In this document: piece after piece, positions 6,611 through 16,320 of the stretch
How the letters are laid out: every line of letters begins with the position of its first letter
Numbering within the stretch: the stretch's first letter is position 1
IMG/VR virus record: IMGVR_UViG_3300027612_000009
Span: 1 to 43,647 of that record
Source: a virus
Lineage: Duplodnaviria; Caudoviricetes
Length of the DNA: 43,647 bases
Direction: 5' to 3' (one strand)
Translations under genes and position numbers: made by a program
The notes under the pieces: generated by a model
Database searches by the model: none
Told to the model about the DNA's origin: nothing
The model's input: the letters and a program-made list of their open reading frames with translations, nothing else

Positions 6611-9388
6611 CTAGTCACCAAGGTAGACCGGCGCTTGTGGGCTTGCCGTGCCGCGAGACGCCAAGTCGTAGAGGCGCATCCAGTTTTCCAATTCAATAGC
6701 CTGTTCTTCGGCTGATTTTTGCGCAAAGCTGGGGTTCTTCATCAATTCTGTCATAACGTCTTTGACGATTGCCCCCCGGTCTTCGCCCGTCTCGACCCCG
6801 GCCTCGATGCGCTTGCGCACCAAACCGATTTCCCAATCCTGCTGCTCGGCTGCGGCGGCTGCCTCGGCCTCGGCCTGCCCGCGCAACTGCTCAAACACGC
6901 TGATCGGGTCCATCTGGGTCAACACCTGCTGGATCAACTCTTCCCCACCTTCGTATTCCTGGGTGAAGCGTTCTCCGGTTGCCGTGTTTTCAAGAGTGAC
7001 CTTGGCAATCGTTGCTCCGGCCTCGTTTTTGTAGAGGTCGGACTCGTCCGCAATAAAGCGATAGCCGTCGTCAAAGCTGTTGTAGACTTTACCGATGTTG
7101 TCAAAGAACCCGCGTTCGTCTCCAAGCGCAGCCGCAGCGACCGCATCTGTATATGCCTTCTGCAAGCTCTGCGACCGTTTATCTTCGAACCACGTCTGCA
7201 ACTGCTCGGCCTTTTCGATCTCCCCGGCTTGATAAAGAGCCTCGATTTGGCGCGGGACAACCTCCGCTTGGTAATACTCGCGAAATGTCGCCGCGGCTTG
7301 AGCGCGCTGTTGGTCCGAAACCTGCGGCGCTTGGCCTTGGTTGTCGGCGTTTGCGTTGCTGGAAAGGCTGTCACGCGCAACGCTAATCGGCTGGCCTCCG
7401 TCCTCGATCGCCATGCGTGGTTCCGGCAAATCCTGAAACTGTGCAGCCTGCGAGGCCGTCATGCCGCCATAGACCGGCTGGCCTACGCCGCCGCCTTGCG
7501 GTGCTCCGGGCTGGCGCGGCGGCTCTGCGGCTGATGCAGCGCCTTGGCCAGGCTGTGGCTCGCCCTGCGGCTGACCTTGCGCCTGTCCTGTCCCGGCCTG
7601 CTGCTCTAGGAAGGCAATCGGGTCTGCCGCCGCCGCCGTGAGTGCGTCAGGGTTCTGCTCGAAAAGCGCGCGAGCCTCGTCGCTCCGATACCACTGGATT
7701 GCCTCTGCAGTTTTGCGTCGCGCCGCGGCATTTTCCTGCCCCTCAGTCGGGGTTGCTGTGAAATAGTCGCCCACGGCACCAGCCGCGCGCGCAATGGGGC
7801 TTCCTGCTGGCCCGAACTCTCCTGTCGCCAGACCTTGAGCGATCCGGTTTTGCGCGCTGCTGATGTCGCCCTGCCGCATCATGCCCTGGATGTCTTGAAT
7901 GAAGGCGCTGCGGTTGGGGTCCACATCCCGCACGAGTGCGTCTGGCTGCGGCGCCGGGTCGCTTGCGCGTCCTGTGCCACGGGCAGCGCGGGCGTCGTCT
8001 GTGGTGTCCGGGTTTGCCGGGCGCGGCGTTGTGGATCCTGCTTGAACCCTACGGCGCACGCCTTCCACGTCATCCACATCAAACTGCCCGTTGGCGCTGC
8101 CTTCGGGGAAGCCTGCGGAATTTGGTGGCGCGCCTTCGTATGCTGCCAGTGAGTTGCGCATGGTGCGAACGTCTTGGAGGCGGGGCTCGCCTGCTTCTGG
8201 CCCGGCTGGCGCGCGCGGATCAACCGGCATGCCCGGCGCGCTCGGGCGCGGCTGTGCGCCGCCACCATAGGTGAGTGCGCCCTCGTCGCGGATCGCCTCG
8301 CCACCGGTCTCTGCGGTGATTGTCTCCGGGCTGACAGGCCCACCAGGCGCGCGCCGGGACACGTCAGGCGCGCCAATCTCAGAGAAGATCGGCGCGCGGT
8401 AGCTCGGGTCCATTGCGTTTGGTGACTGCATGCCACGCGGCGTCTCGGCGGGCGGTCGCGGTGCTGTCCGCTCGCCTCCCGGCTGCATGATGCCTGCGCG
8501 GGCTTCCGGTGACGACGGATTGTAAGGGTAATCCACTGCGGCCCGGCTGTTTGCGTTTGGTGTCATGGCAGTTGTGCGGATTTTGCGGCCTTCTGCGGGC
8601 CGCTTTTGCTCCCGTTTTGCGGTGCTGTTGTCGCCTGTGCGGCCCGTTCCGCGACGGGCGCGCGCATCATCCGTCCGATCGACGTTTGCCGGGCGGCGCT
8701 CACCGGTGACACTGCGGATATACTGGTCCGGTGCCATACCCATTGCGCGCGCTTCACGCTCGATCTGGCGGCGTTCCTCTTCGCTGTACGTTCCTTTGAC
8801 CGGCTGGATGTCGGTCAGAAGCATGTCGCCGCCCATGTTGCCCGCAAGCGTGTCGTCGCCAGCCTGCCCAAGAGGGACGCGGATCGGGCGGTTCTCCATG
8901 CGCGGGACATCATCGCCAAACCGGAGCGGTGCTGCGTTTGGGTTGGGCCCGGACAAGCCCGGCACGTTCATTCCGGGAAATGTCGCCCGCGCCGGAGCTG
9001 GTGCTGCTTGGCCGGTGCCGTCAGAAGCGGCAAACGGCACGCGAACAGTCCCCTGGGGGGTGTTTTCTGGAACGGGCTGCCCGTCTTGCCCACGCTGCCA
9101 GTCCTCGAATCCTTCATTGCGTATTTGGTCAAGCTCTGCTTGCAGGGCTTCTTCTTTGCGCCGCTGCTCTTCCGCACGCTCCCATTGGGTGCGCTGACGA
9201 CCGCGCAACTCGTCGCTGTAGCGCCAGTTTTCCCGCTCGCGCTGCTGTAGCTCGCCGCGCCAATCCTGCGCGTCACGCTCCCACTGGAATCGCTCTTCGT
9301 TGCGCTTTCGTTCGGTTTTGCGATCTTTGACGTTTTCGCCAAACGTGTAGCCTTGGAAAGCGCCCTGAACAAATGAACCAAGCGACAT
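6611..9388 (-). CDS. Internal virion (ejection) protein, 925 aa
   Basis: Long ORF, P/G/Q-rich, internal repeat (RPANxDxTDDARAxRGTGR twice), position among podophage core genes. Confidence 0.7.
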   Translation of the reverse strand: MSLGSFVQGAFQGYTFGENVKDRKTERKRNEERFQWERDAQDWRGELQQRERENWRYSDELRGRQRTQWERAEEQRRKEEALQAELDQIRNEGFEDWQRGQDGQPVPENTPQGTVRVPFAASDGTGQAAPAPARATFPGMNVPGLSGPNPNAAPLRFGDDVPRMENRPIRVPLGQAGDDTLAGNMGGDMLLTDIQPVKGTYSEEERRQIEREARAMGMAPDQYIRSVTGERRPANVDRTDDARARRGTGRTGDNSTAKREQKRPAEGRKIRTTAMTPNANSRAAVDYPYNPSSPEARAGIMQPGGERTAPRPPAETPRGMQSPNAMDPSYRAPIFSEIGAPDVSRRAPGGPVSPETITAETGGEAIRDEGALTYGGGAQPRPSAPGMPVDPRAPAGPEAGEPRLQDVRTMRNSLAAYEGAPPNSAGFPEGSANGQFDVDDVEGVRRRVQAGSTTPRPANPDTTDDARAARGTGRASDPAPQPDALVRDVDPNRSAFIQDIQGMMRQGDISSAQNRIAQGLATGEFGPAGSPIARAAGAVGDYFTATPTEGQENAAARRKTAEAIQWYRSDEARALFEQNPDALTAAAADPIAFLEQQAGTGQAQGQPQGEPQPGQGAASAAEPPRQPGAPQGGGVGQPVYGGMTASQAAQFQDLPEPRMAIEDGGQPISVARDSLSSNANADNQGQAPQVSDQQRAQAAATFREYYQAEVVPRQIEALYQAGEIEKAEQLQTWFEDKRSQSLQKAYTDAVAAAALGDERGFFDNIGKVYNSFDDGYRFIADESDLYKNEAGATIAKVTLENTATGERFTQEYEGGEELIQQVLTQMDPISVFEQLRGQAEAEAAAAAEQQDWEIGLVRKRIEAGVETGEDRGAIVKDVMTELMKNPSFAQKSAEEQAIELENWMRLYDLASRGTASPQAPVYLGD

Positions 9389-10251
9389 CAGGAGGCTCCT
9401 TTCATGCGGTTGAAGATCGACGCAAGAAGCGGGTCTTCGGAGTTTTTCTTAGGCACGTTGCCGACTGTTTCAGCAAGCGAAGGCAGCGATACTACCGCAG
9501 GTGAATCTGGCTCGCCTAGAGGCACACGGGCTGGCGTGGGGTTGGTTTTCCGCGCGGCGTCTCTGTATCGGGTGTAACTGTTGTTATACTCGCTGATATA
9601 CCGGTCGGGCGCGCTGTTAAACGCCGCCCATGTTGGAGCAAGCGCCTTGGTGATCTGCGGTGTCAGGCCATCCTTTGCAAGATCCTGATCGAGAGAGCGC
9701 CCGGTCCGCAGATTGTAATCGCGAACGGCAAGCTGCCAAGCCTTGCGGTCTTGGTTCTCGCGGGTGAATGGGCCGCCGCCCAAGTCGTCCCATGTGGTCG
9801 CGGTAAATTGGTATCGCCCTGCGGCGCTGGAAGGCCCATGCGGCCCCTTCTCAAAGATGCGCGGATGATCCCCGGTTTCGTCAAAAGTTTGACCGCCCCT
9901 GGGGGTGTAGCGCACGTTGTAGGCGCCACCGGATTCCCCAAGGGCAATAGCATTTAGAAACGCGCGCTGATAGCCCGGCATATCTGCCGCAACCGGGTCA
10001 GCCACGGTCATTCGGCTGCCGCCGCCACTGCCACCGCCGCTGGTGCTGGTGCTGGTGCTGGAAGTCTCAGGGCTACCACGCCATCTGTCCGGGGCATAAT
10101 AACCGTCTTCATTGCCTAATTTTGCGTACCCTTCATCAAGAGTGCGCTGCATCATGCGATCAAGAATGTCGTCGCGACGACGATTTTGCTTGATACCTTC
10201 GCCCGAACGGAAGCCGTCAGCGAACCCGGAGAGAGCGGCCCCAAAGCTCAT
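9388..10251 (-). CDS. Internal virion protein with lambda-R-like lysozyme / lytic transglycosylase domain
   Basis: AFLNAIALGES..YNV..SSAAGRYQFTATTW..FTRENQDRKA..LAPTWAAF motif set. Confidence 0.85.
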   Translation of the reverse strand: MSFGAALSGFADGFRSGEGIKQNRRRDDILDRMMQRTLDEGYAKLGNEDGYYAPDRWRGSPETSSTSTSTSGGGSGGGSRMTVADPVAADMPGYQRAFLNAIALGESGGAYNVRYTPRGGQTFDETGDHPRIFEKGPHGPSSAAGRYQFTATTWDDLGGGPFTRENQDRKAWQLAVRDYNLRTGRSLDQDLAKDGLTPQITKALAPTWAAFNSAPDRYISEYNNSYTRYRDAARKTNPTPARVPLGEPDSPAVVSLPSLAETVGNVPKKNSEDPLLASIFNRMKGAS

Positions 10252-11315
10252 GTTGCAAACATTTCAGAGAGGGAGCCGCGACCTGCCGGTGCGCCACTCT
10301 GACGAGGCAATGCACTTGGCTTTTTCGCGGCCTTTGTGCCTGTGAGCTTGTCTACCTTGTCGGCAAGCTGCTGTACCGCGCCTGCCGTGACGCCGATCAT
10401 GTCTTGCAGGGGGATTGTCTTTCCGTCGCCTTTGCCGGTCGCCTTGTGGAAATCCTCTGCATAGGGACCAACATGGCGGGCTGCGCCGCCGTCCGCGATG
10501 CCGTTCTTGTAGCTCCACTCTTCCACCGGCATGTCCATAAGCTGCGAAAGTGGGTCGCGCACCGGCGCCTTGTCGGTCTTGTAGTCTTCGGACGACATCA
10601 TCAACGGTGCCAATTTGTCGATGTTGGAGACTCCAAGCCCAACAATGCTTCCAATGCCCCCCCAAAGGCTGGCATTTTGCGCGTTGTTTCCCTCCCACGC
10701 GCGCATTCTTTGGGCATCCATTTGACCAAGGCCCGCTGCCATCGAGCTATAGCCACTTTGCGCTCCAGAAAAGCCAGATGACGCAGCATTGTTGGAAAGG
10801 CCCATAGCGGTTGCTGGGTTCACCGCGAGGCCAGAACCCAGATTGATCGCGTTGGCCTCTTCCATAGCCAGCTCCGCGTCAGCGCGGGCGCGCGATTGCA
10901 GGCGGGTGCTGTTGGCCGCTCCGGCAGAGGCAAGCCCTTCGGCGATCTCGGATCGGCGGGTTGTTTCGGTCGAGGCGCCTGCATCCGGGCGCACGCCGCG
11001 AGAGGCAAGGCGACGGTCCTGCTGCTGTTGTGCGCCGTCAAAGGCGGTCGATACATCGGCCTGCGCCCGCCGAACGTCTCCCGCGACCTTGGAGTAATCC
11101 GGTCCTGCGGCAATCCGCTCCTGCGTGCGGTTGATGAAATCATCCTGCAAGGGCTCAAAGACAGTCTTGTAGCGGTCGCGGTCCTCAGAGGCCCACTGGT
11201 TCGTGACATCCGCCTGAGCGCGCATAAACGCCAGGTATTCTTCGCCCGTTGCCGCGTTTTTGAGAGCGGCTTCACCGATGCGCTCGTCTGGTTCGGGTGC
11301 GCTACTTTTGCCCAT
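10248..11315 (-). CDS. Internal virion protein with C-terminal peptidase S74-like (intramolecular chaperone) domain
   Basis: Starts MGKSSAPEPD; C-terminal SSEDYKTD..WSYK..HVGPYAEDF followed by a coiled coil. Confidence 0.75.
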   Translation of the reverse strand: MGKSSAPEPDERIGEAALKNAATGEEYLAFMRAQADVTNQWASEDRDRYKTVFEPLQDDFINRTQERIAAGPDYSKVAGDVRRAQADVSTAFDGAQQQQDRRLASRGVRPDAGASTETTRRSEIAEGLASAGAANSTRLQSRARADAELAMEEANAINLGSGLAVNPATAMGLSNNAASSGFSGAQSGYSSMAAGLGQMDAQRMRAWEGNNAQNASLWGGIGSIVGLGVSNIDKLAPLMMSSEDYKTDKAPVRDPLSQLMDMPVEEWSYKNGIADGGAARHVGPYAEDFHKATGKGDGKTIPLQDMIGVTAGAVQQLADKVDKLTGTKAAKKPSALPRQSGAPAGRGSLSEMFAT

Positions 11316-11772
11316 GATATGATCCTTCATTCGTTGGCGCGTGAGGCAGCCAAGCGCACTCTTCGCGGAGCATGGAAAAGAGGATACCGTCCACACCTTC
11401 GTCTATGGCGTCTTTCAGCGTGCCCTCGACGGTAAAGCCAAGTCGCAGAATGATTGATGTGTGCGCTTTGGCAGGTACAGGGTGGCAGGTCTGGACCCTT
11501 CGCGCGCCAAGGTAATCGAACATATAGCCGAAGAGCATCTGCAGGACGCTGCGATTGCCCCAGAGGCGGGTTTCGTCAGAGGCAAAGTGCATATCCACGA
11601 CGCCATGATAGGTCTGGACTGTCACCAGAACCGCGCGCAATGTGCCGTCTTCGGTGTAAATGCCCAAAGCTACGGCGTGCGGGGGCCAAGGCCCGGCATT
11701 GCCTACTCGCTGCCGGGCAAATTCGAGCATGGCGTCTTGGCCGATACCTTCAAGGGATACATACATGCTCAC
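11302..11772 (-). CDS. GNAT-fold virion-morphogenesis protein
   Basis: MLFGYMFDYLGARRV..ILRLGFTVEGTLKDA..LFSMLREECAWL (RimJ/RimL-like); GTG 11772 with GAAGGA SD. Confidence 0.8.
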   Translation of the reverse strand: MSMYVSLEGIGQDAMLEFARQRVGNAGPWPPHAVALGIYTEDGTLRAVLVTVQTYHGVVDMHFASDETRLWGNRSVLQMLFGYMFDYLGARRVQTCHPVPAKAHTSIILRLGFTVEGTLKDAIDEGVDGILFSMLREECAWLPHAPTNEGSYHGQK

Positions 11773-11853
11773 AAGATCAATCCTTCGCGTTCGCGGGCAG
11801 TGTTCCAGCGGTGTGCGAGGCATTGCATCTTGCCATGTCTCGCTTGAATCGTA

Positions 11854-12126
11854 TCACAGGTCTTCGTCGCGCGGAAGAACCTCTACCCGATGAACCATCA
11901 GGACGTGATGTGCCCGCTCAATGTCGTTTAGGAACGCTCGCTCACAATGACCGCTGCCAAACAGGAAATCGACAAAACGCACCATGCGCGTCCACCCCAT
12001 CCGATATGAGCGACCAGAGATGCTTTCGTTTGCGGTTGTTTGCTTGTGGTTTGGAAGGAGCGTGACATTTGCAAGCTGCGAAAGCGCGTCTCCCATTTTC
12101 AACAAGCGCGGCGTTGAATCTTCCAT
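11854..12126 (-). CDS. Conserved phage hypothetical protein
   Basis: SQLANV..NESISGRSY..W..FVDFLF..HC motif of small phage tail-region proteins. Confidence 0.7.
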   Translation of the reverse strand: MEDSTPRLLKMGDALSQLANVTLLPNHKQTTANESISGRSYRMGWTRMVRFVDFLFGSGHCERAFLNDIERAHHVLMVHRVEVLPRDEDL

Positions 12127-12153
12127 TGCTTTTGTCCTTCGATTTGCTTGGAA

Positions 12154-12534
12154 TTATTCTGGAATTGCGGGCCAGACTACCTGTCGCGGATCGGCCGTGT
12201 TGGCGGGAAGATCGCGGAGTTGTTGCCGGTATATAGCCCACGCAGATTGATCTACTGGCGCATCGGGAACCTGCGTCCAATCACTAGCGGCAAGACGCGC
12301 ATGGCGTTCGGCGCGCAGGCTAAACCATGCTTCGGCAAGAAGATCATCTTCAAAATCGCCGGGCCCAACGGGCGCAAGATTGCCGTCAACGACTTTATGG
12401 CCGTCGCCCGGCAAAGCCTCAACAACCAACACGCCGGTTCGTTCGTCCTCAAACTGTGAAATGTCATATCTGGCGGTGACGGACCCCGTTCCGATTATCC
12501 GGCCATCTTTCTTTTGAAAAAGAACGTACTTCAT
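12154..12534 (-). CDS. Tail fibre assembly chaperone
   Basis: LRAERHARLAASDWTQVPDAP..WAIYRQQLRDLP..VWPAIPE. Confidence 0.9.
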   Translation of the reverse strand: MKYVLFQKKDGRIIGTGSVTARYDISQFEDERTGVLVVEALPGDGHKVVDGNLAPVGPGDFEDDLLAEAWFSLRAERHARLAASDWTQVPDAPVDQSAWAIYRQQLRDLPANTADPRQVVWPAIPE

Positions 12535-14654
12535 CGCTTCACCCCAAGAATTGCGATGGTCCTGCTGTTCATTTGCACTGTGCTATTGGCGTTCCAATAG
12601 ACGGAAATACGGCGTCTTCCTGCTGGGAAATCGCCAGACCAACTGAACGTGGGGTAGTCGTTGATGTCGTTTCCCCCGCGAGACAGGACAGTATTCATGG
12701 GGTAGGTTTCATTGCTCATTGGGAAAAGCTCGTCGCCAATCCTGAGCTGCACGGTATGGGGCGTAGCGCCAGCGCCATAACCCTGACCTCCGCTCCAAAA
12801 CACAAGGATCGTTCCAGGTTCATCTAACGTGTGCCAAATGCCTTGAACCTCTTGAAAATCACCAATGCCGATTATGGGGTTTGTCACTGTTTGGGAGAGG
12901 GGGACAGTGACCGCGTTTCCCCTGATGCGCAGGGTGTCAACTTCCGCCGTGCCAATTTTGGCGGTGGTGATAGCGGCATCCTGAATGTTCGCGGTGCGCA
13001 CAATTAACTGGTTCATAAAGACCGAACCGGTCGCTGTCATGTTGGTGACAAACGCGCTATTGGCAGCAAGCTCGATGGTGTTGATTGAGTTGGCAGATAT
13101 GGAATTGGTGAAGATTCGCCCGCCGTCAATCCGAGTGCGATCCCCGCTCGCGGTCCAGTCGAGCAAGGTTGCAGGGCCACTGATGGTAATTCGGCCGGGC
13201 AAAATGTTGGTCGACGCCGAGTTGATCCGGGCGGCGGGGTCGTTTGCGTTTTGCTGAACCGTCCCAAGTGCCTGCCCGTTTACCGTGACGCTGTTTGCAA
13301 TCGCGGTGCCCGCAATGAGCTTGGCCGCAGACAACGAGGCAATTTTTGCATCGGTGATCGTCGCGTTTGCGATTGTGGCGTTTGTGATCGTGCCGTTCTG
13401 GATGAATCCATCACGAATGTAGACGCCAGGAGGCACATATTGCCCGCCGATTACTGTGCCACTGGTGCGAACAATAAACGGAATTTCCGGCTCTGCGCCT
13501 GTGCCTGCAATCGAGAATGAATCCGCGCGCACGACAAAGGCGCTGCGAGGCGTGCCGTCTATCGGCGCCTCGCTGGCAAGGCCAAACCCGCTAATGTATC
13601 CGTCAAGGTCAATTTTGATGGCGTATTGAGCAAACAAAGCCCCTGTTTCGTCGGCGCGAACCTCCGCTTCTTCTTCGATCGCTCCAATCGCTGCGTCGTA
13701 AGCGGCAGCGACCTGCCACGACACGGAACCTTCCATGTCAATCGGACCGTCAATCAGGTCGATGCGCGCGCCGAGGTCAGCGAAAAGCTGCGTTTCTGTA
13801 ATCTCACCTTCCAATAGATCAAGAAGCTCGCCCGGGTCGACCACTGTTGTCGCTGTAATTCTGTCTGTCCACGCTGAGGCGTTTTCAGAGTAATCAACCG
13901 CGCGTATCCAGTAATGCCGGGTGGCTCCATTTGGCAGTGAGCCACGGAAAAAAACGGAGCTGGCAGAGGTAAATGACGGGTTGGTTGAGAGCAATGGCGC
14001 GGGAGACGGCGCTTCACTTTCATAAATTTCATAGCGCGAAATATCAGCCGCGGGTGATGGATCCCATTCGATCCAAAAGCCATTGAACGCCGGCGTAATT
14101 TTCAGCCCGGTTGGCACTGGTGGCGGGGTCGTATCTGCTTGAGCGACGTGGTTGACGTAATCTGACCATACGCCGGGAACATTGAGTGAATTGAGCGCGC
14201 GCACACGCACTCTAATCAATGTCCCTGCCAGAACGCTGTCTTGAAAAAACGACGAGGGCGCTGGAACAATAAACTCACCGCCGTTTTCAAGAGAAAATCC
14301 TAGATGGTATCCCGACGCGCCATCGAGGTCGTCCCAATCGACGTAGATGAATGACACGCCAGTTTCTTCATTCACTGTCGATGTGACTGTCAGCCCCGTA
14401 GGCGCATCGAGGTATGGCGACACGATTTGGTCGACACCAATCGGTCCAAATATGTCCTCAAAATTGATATTGCCGCCGCCACCAAACACGGCTTGCGCAA
14501 ACTTCCCGTTTGAGGCTTGAGATTGCGCAGCAATTTGAGCAAGGAGTTCATCGAGGTCGCCCCACGTCACGGCTCGTGCGCTCGGCGGGCCTCTTCGACC
14601 ATCAAGGCGCTGTAGGTCGCGCTGTGTGCGAGAAAGTGACTCTACGCGGGGCAT
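12531..14654 (-). CDS. Tail fibre / host-specificity protein (two FN3 domains plus J-like DUF1983 region)
   Basis: APTGLTV and PPVPTGL..YWIRAVDYSENASAW FN3 motifs; YAIKID.DGYISGFGL..FVVRADSFSI..VYIRDGFIQNGTITNA; ATG 14654. Confidence 0.85.
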   Translation of the reverse strand: MPRVESLSRTQRDLQRLDGRRGPPSARAVTWGDLDELLAQIAAQSQASNGKFAQAVFGGGGNINFEDIFGPIGVDQIVSPYLDAPTGLTVTSTVNEETGVSFIYVDWDDLDGASGYHLGFSLENGGEFIVPAPSSFFQDSVLAGTLIRVRVRALNSLNVPGVWSDYVNHVAQADTTPPPVPTGLKITPAFNGFWIEWDPSPAADISRYEIYESEAPSPAPLLSTNPSFTSASSVFFRGSLPNGATRHYWIRAVDYSENASAWTDRITATTVVDPGELLDLLEGEITETQLFADLGARIDLIDGPIDMEGSVSWQVAAAYDAAIGAIEEEAEVRADETGALFAQYAIKIDLDGYISGFGLASEAPIDGTPRSAFVVRADSFSIAGTGAEPEIPFIVRTSGTVIGGQYVPPGVYIRDGFIQNGTITNATIANATITDAKIASLSAAKLIAGTAIANSVTVNGQALGTVQQNANDPAARINSASTNILPGRITISGPATLLDWTASGDRTRIDGGRIFTNSISANSINTIELAANSAFVTNMTATGSVFMNQLIVRTANIQDAAITTAKIGTAEVDTLRIRGNAVTVPLSQTVTNPIIGIGDFQEVQGIWHTLDEPGTILVFWSGGQGYGAGATPHTVQLRIGDELFPMSNETYPMNTVLSRGGNDINDYPTFSWSGDFPAGRRRISVYWNANSTVQMNSRTIAILGVKR

Positions 14655-14655
14655 G

Positions 14656-16311
14656 TTACCCGCCACCCATCAGTTCGTCTGGAACGCCCGCGATTGTAAT
14701 CCGGTCAATCTCAAGGCAGCCGGTCACTTCGATTTCCCATTCGCCACCCCATCCCGGAGCAATGCGCTGGATCTTGTTCAGATCGTCTATAGACTCGGTT
14801 TCGTAGACCAGTTCCAGTTCCTCTACCCCGTCGACCAGAGGGCCGGGCACCACACGCCATACTTTTGCAGTGTACGCCTCGGATTCATCCAGCATGCGGC
14901 CTTCGACCAGAATACAGCCGAACAACATTTCGACTGGCAGATGCAGGCGCCCTGATTTCCACGTCAGTTCAGCGTGCGAGTCTGTTTGGACATCATCCCA
15001 AGAGTAAATCGTGGATCCTGCGCCAGTTGATACGTTTAGTTGGCCGGTGATGATGTCATACCGGAACGCTGTCGGTGTCGCTTCCATTTGAGCGCGCACC
15101 AAGCCTGGCGTTTCGCCTTTGATGTCGATCATAATGGTTTCAAGGCCATCGTCGCCTTCATACGATGCAACATAAACGCCCTGATCGTAATGCGCTGAAA
15201 CAAAAGACGACGGGTTCAGGCGCGACCATGCGCGGCGGTCAAAAAGCTGACGGGTAATGTTCTGCGGGGAACCGCCCTGCACGAGTATCAGACCATCATG
15301 CGAAGGATAGGCCACGCCTACGCCCATATCGACAACGCCGCGTTTTGAAACGCACGGCAGGTTGAGATCAAGCCGGTCTAGGATCATGTTTTCCGGCGCT
15401 GTGCCTGTGGCGATATACGGCGTGCCTTTGGTCGTGACGACAAGAGTATTCCCGGTCGCCGCCATGCCCATGATCTCGTAATCTGTTTTTAGCTCGTATT
15501 TGAGCGGCCATGCGTGCGGAATGAATGGCTCGCAGAAATAGATCGAACGCCCTGAAAAGCCCGCAATCATGCCGTTCCATAGGGGCGTGATGCCCTCAAG
15601 ATCATTGGGAGGCGGGTCATAATCCGCTGACGGTAGCGGTTCTTGCAAAGGGTCAGTGTCAAGGTTCGAGACGTATGTTGAAACTGCCGTGTCGACCTCT
15701 TTGACGAAGAACAGCGCAGTTGTTCCGGTGGCGCTGGTTTGAGAGCGGTATATTCGCGCTTTGGTGATGCGCGAGCCAGCGGGAGGCGTCATGTTCGCCA
15801 CAAATGCGACTGTCGACCCTTCGGTGACATCGAGGGGCGTTGAGAGCGGACTTGGTGGCGTTTCCTCATTTAGATCAGTCAGCCATGTGAAGCACATAAC
15901 GATTGTTTCCACCGGGAGCGCGTCTTGGCCTTCTGCCGGTTCTGGCGCCGCGCTTTCAATCGTTGTCAGCGGGCGGAATGACGGCGTTGGAAGCGCCAGT
16001 TCGTCTTCATTGCCGTTCGGCATGACCCGCAGCTTCGGCACGCCCCCCTGCTGAGCGAAATACAAGCGATCGTCAGCAACAGGCCCAGGCGCAAAAGTGA
16101 CCGGAGTTGAAAATGGCAGATACGTTCCATTGTAGGCTATGAAATCAACGGCGGTCCCACCGACGGAACCAGCCGGGGTTAAGCCCGCGATTGGCTTTAT
16201 CGTGCCTTCTGCAAGATTGATGTTGATGGCAGATTGGGCCGCGCCTTTAGGCAGTTTGCGCGGGTCTAGGCGCGGGATCTCGCCAAGGAAAGTTTCAATC
16301 CGGTAGAGCAT
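14656..16311 (-). CDS. Tail tubular / nozzle (head-stabilisation) protein
   Basis: IETFLGEIPRLDPRKLP.., FCEPFIPHAWP, PCVSKRGVV; beta-propeller-like podophage tail protein, position. Confidence 0.75.
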   Translation of the reverse strand: MLYRIETFLGEIPRLDPRKLPKGAAQSAININLAEGTIKPIAGLTPAGSVGGTAVDFIAYNGTYLPFSTPVTFAPGPVADDRLYFAQQGGVPKLRVMPNGNEDELALPTPSFRPLTTIESAAPEPAEGQDALPVETIVMCFTWLTDLNEETPPSPLSTPLDVTEGSTVAFVANMTPPAGSRITKARIYRSQTSATGTTALFFVKEVDTAVSTYVSNLDTDPLQEPLPSADYDPPPNDLEGITPLWNGMIAGFSGRSIYFCEPFIPHAWPLKYELKTDYEIMGMAATGNTLVVTTKGTPYIATGTAPENMILDRLDLNLPCVSKRGVVDMGVGVAYPSHDGLILVQGGSPQNITRQLFDRRAWSRLNPSSFVSAHYDQGVYVASYEGDDGLETIMIDIKGETPGLVRAQMEATPTAFRYDIITGQLNVSTGAGSTIYSWDDVQTDSHAELTWKSGRLHLPVEMLFGCILVEGRMLDESEAYTAKVWRVVPGPLVDGVEELELVYETESIDDLNKIQRIAPGWGGEWEIEVTGCLEIDRITIAGVPDELMGGG

Positions 16312-16320
16312 ACGCGCACC

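Noticed and set aside
10039-10062. (GCTGGT)n tandem repeat as a phase-variation tract
   Set aside because: Hexamer unit keeps the frame and simply encodes a Ser/Thr linker
9388-10251. Lysozyme gene as the lysis endolysin
   Set aside because: Embedded among ejection-protein genes, shares their N-terminal motif and has no adjacent holin or spanin; the lysis cassette is probably outside the window
12154-14654. Diversity-generating retroelement acting on the tail fibre, as in BPP-1
   Set aside because: No reverse transcriptase and no TR/VR repeat pair seen in the window
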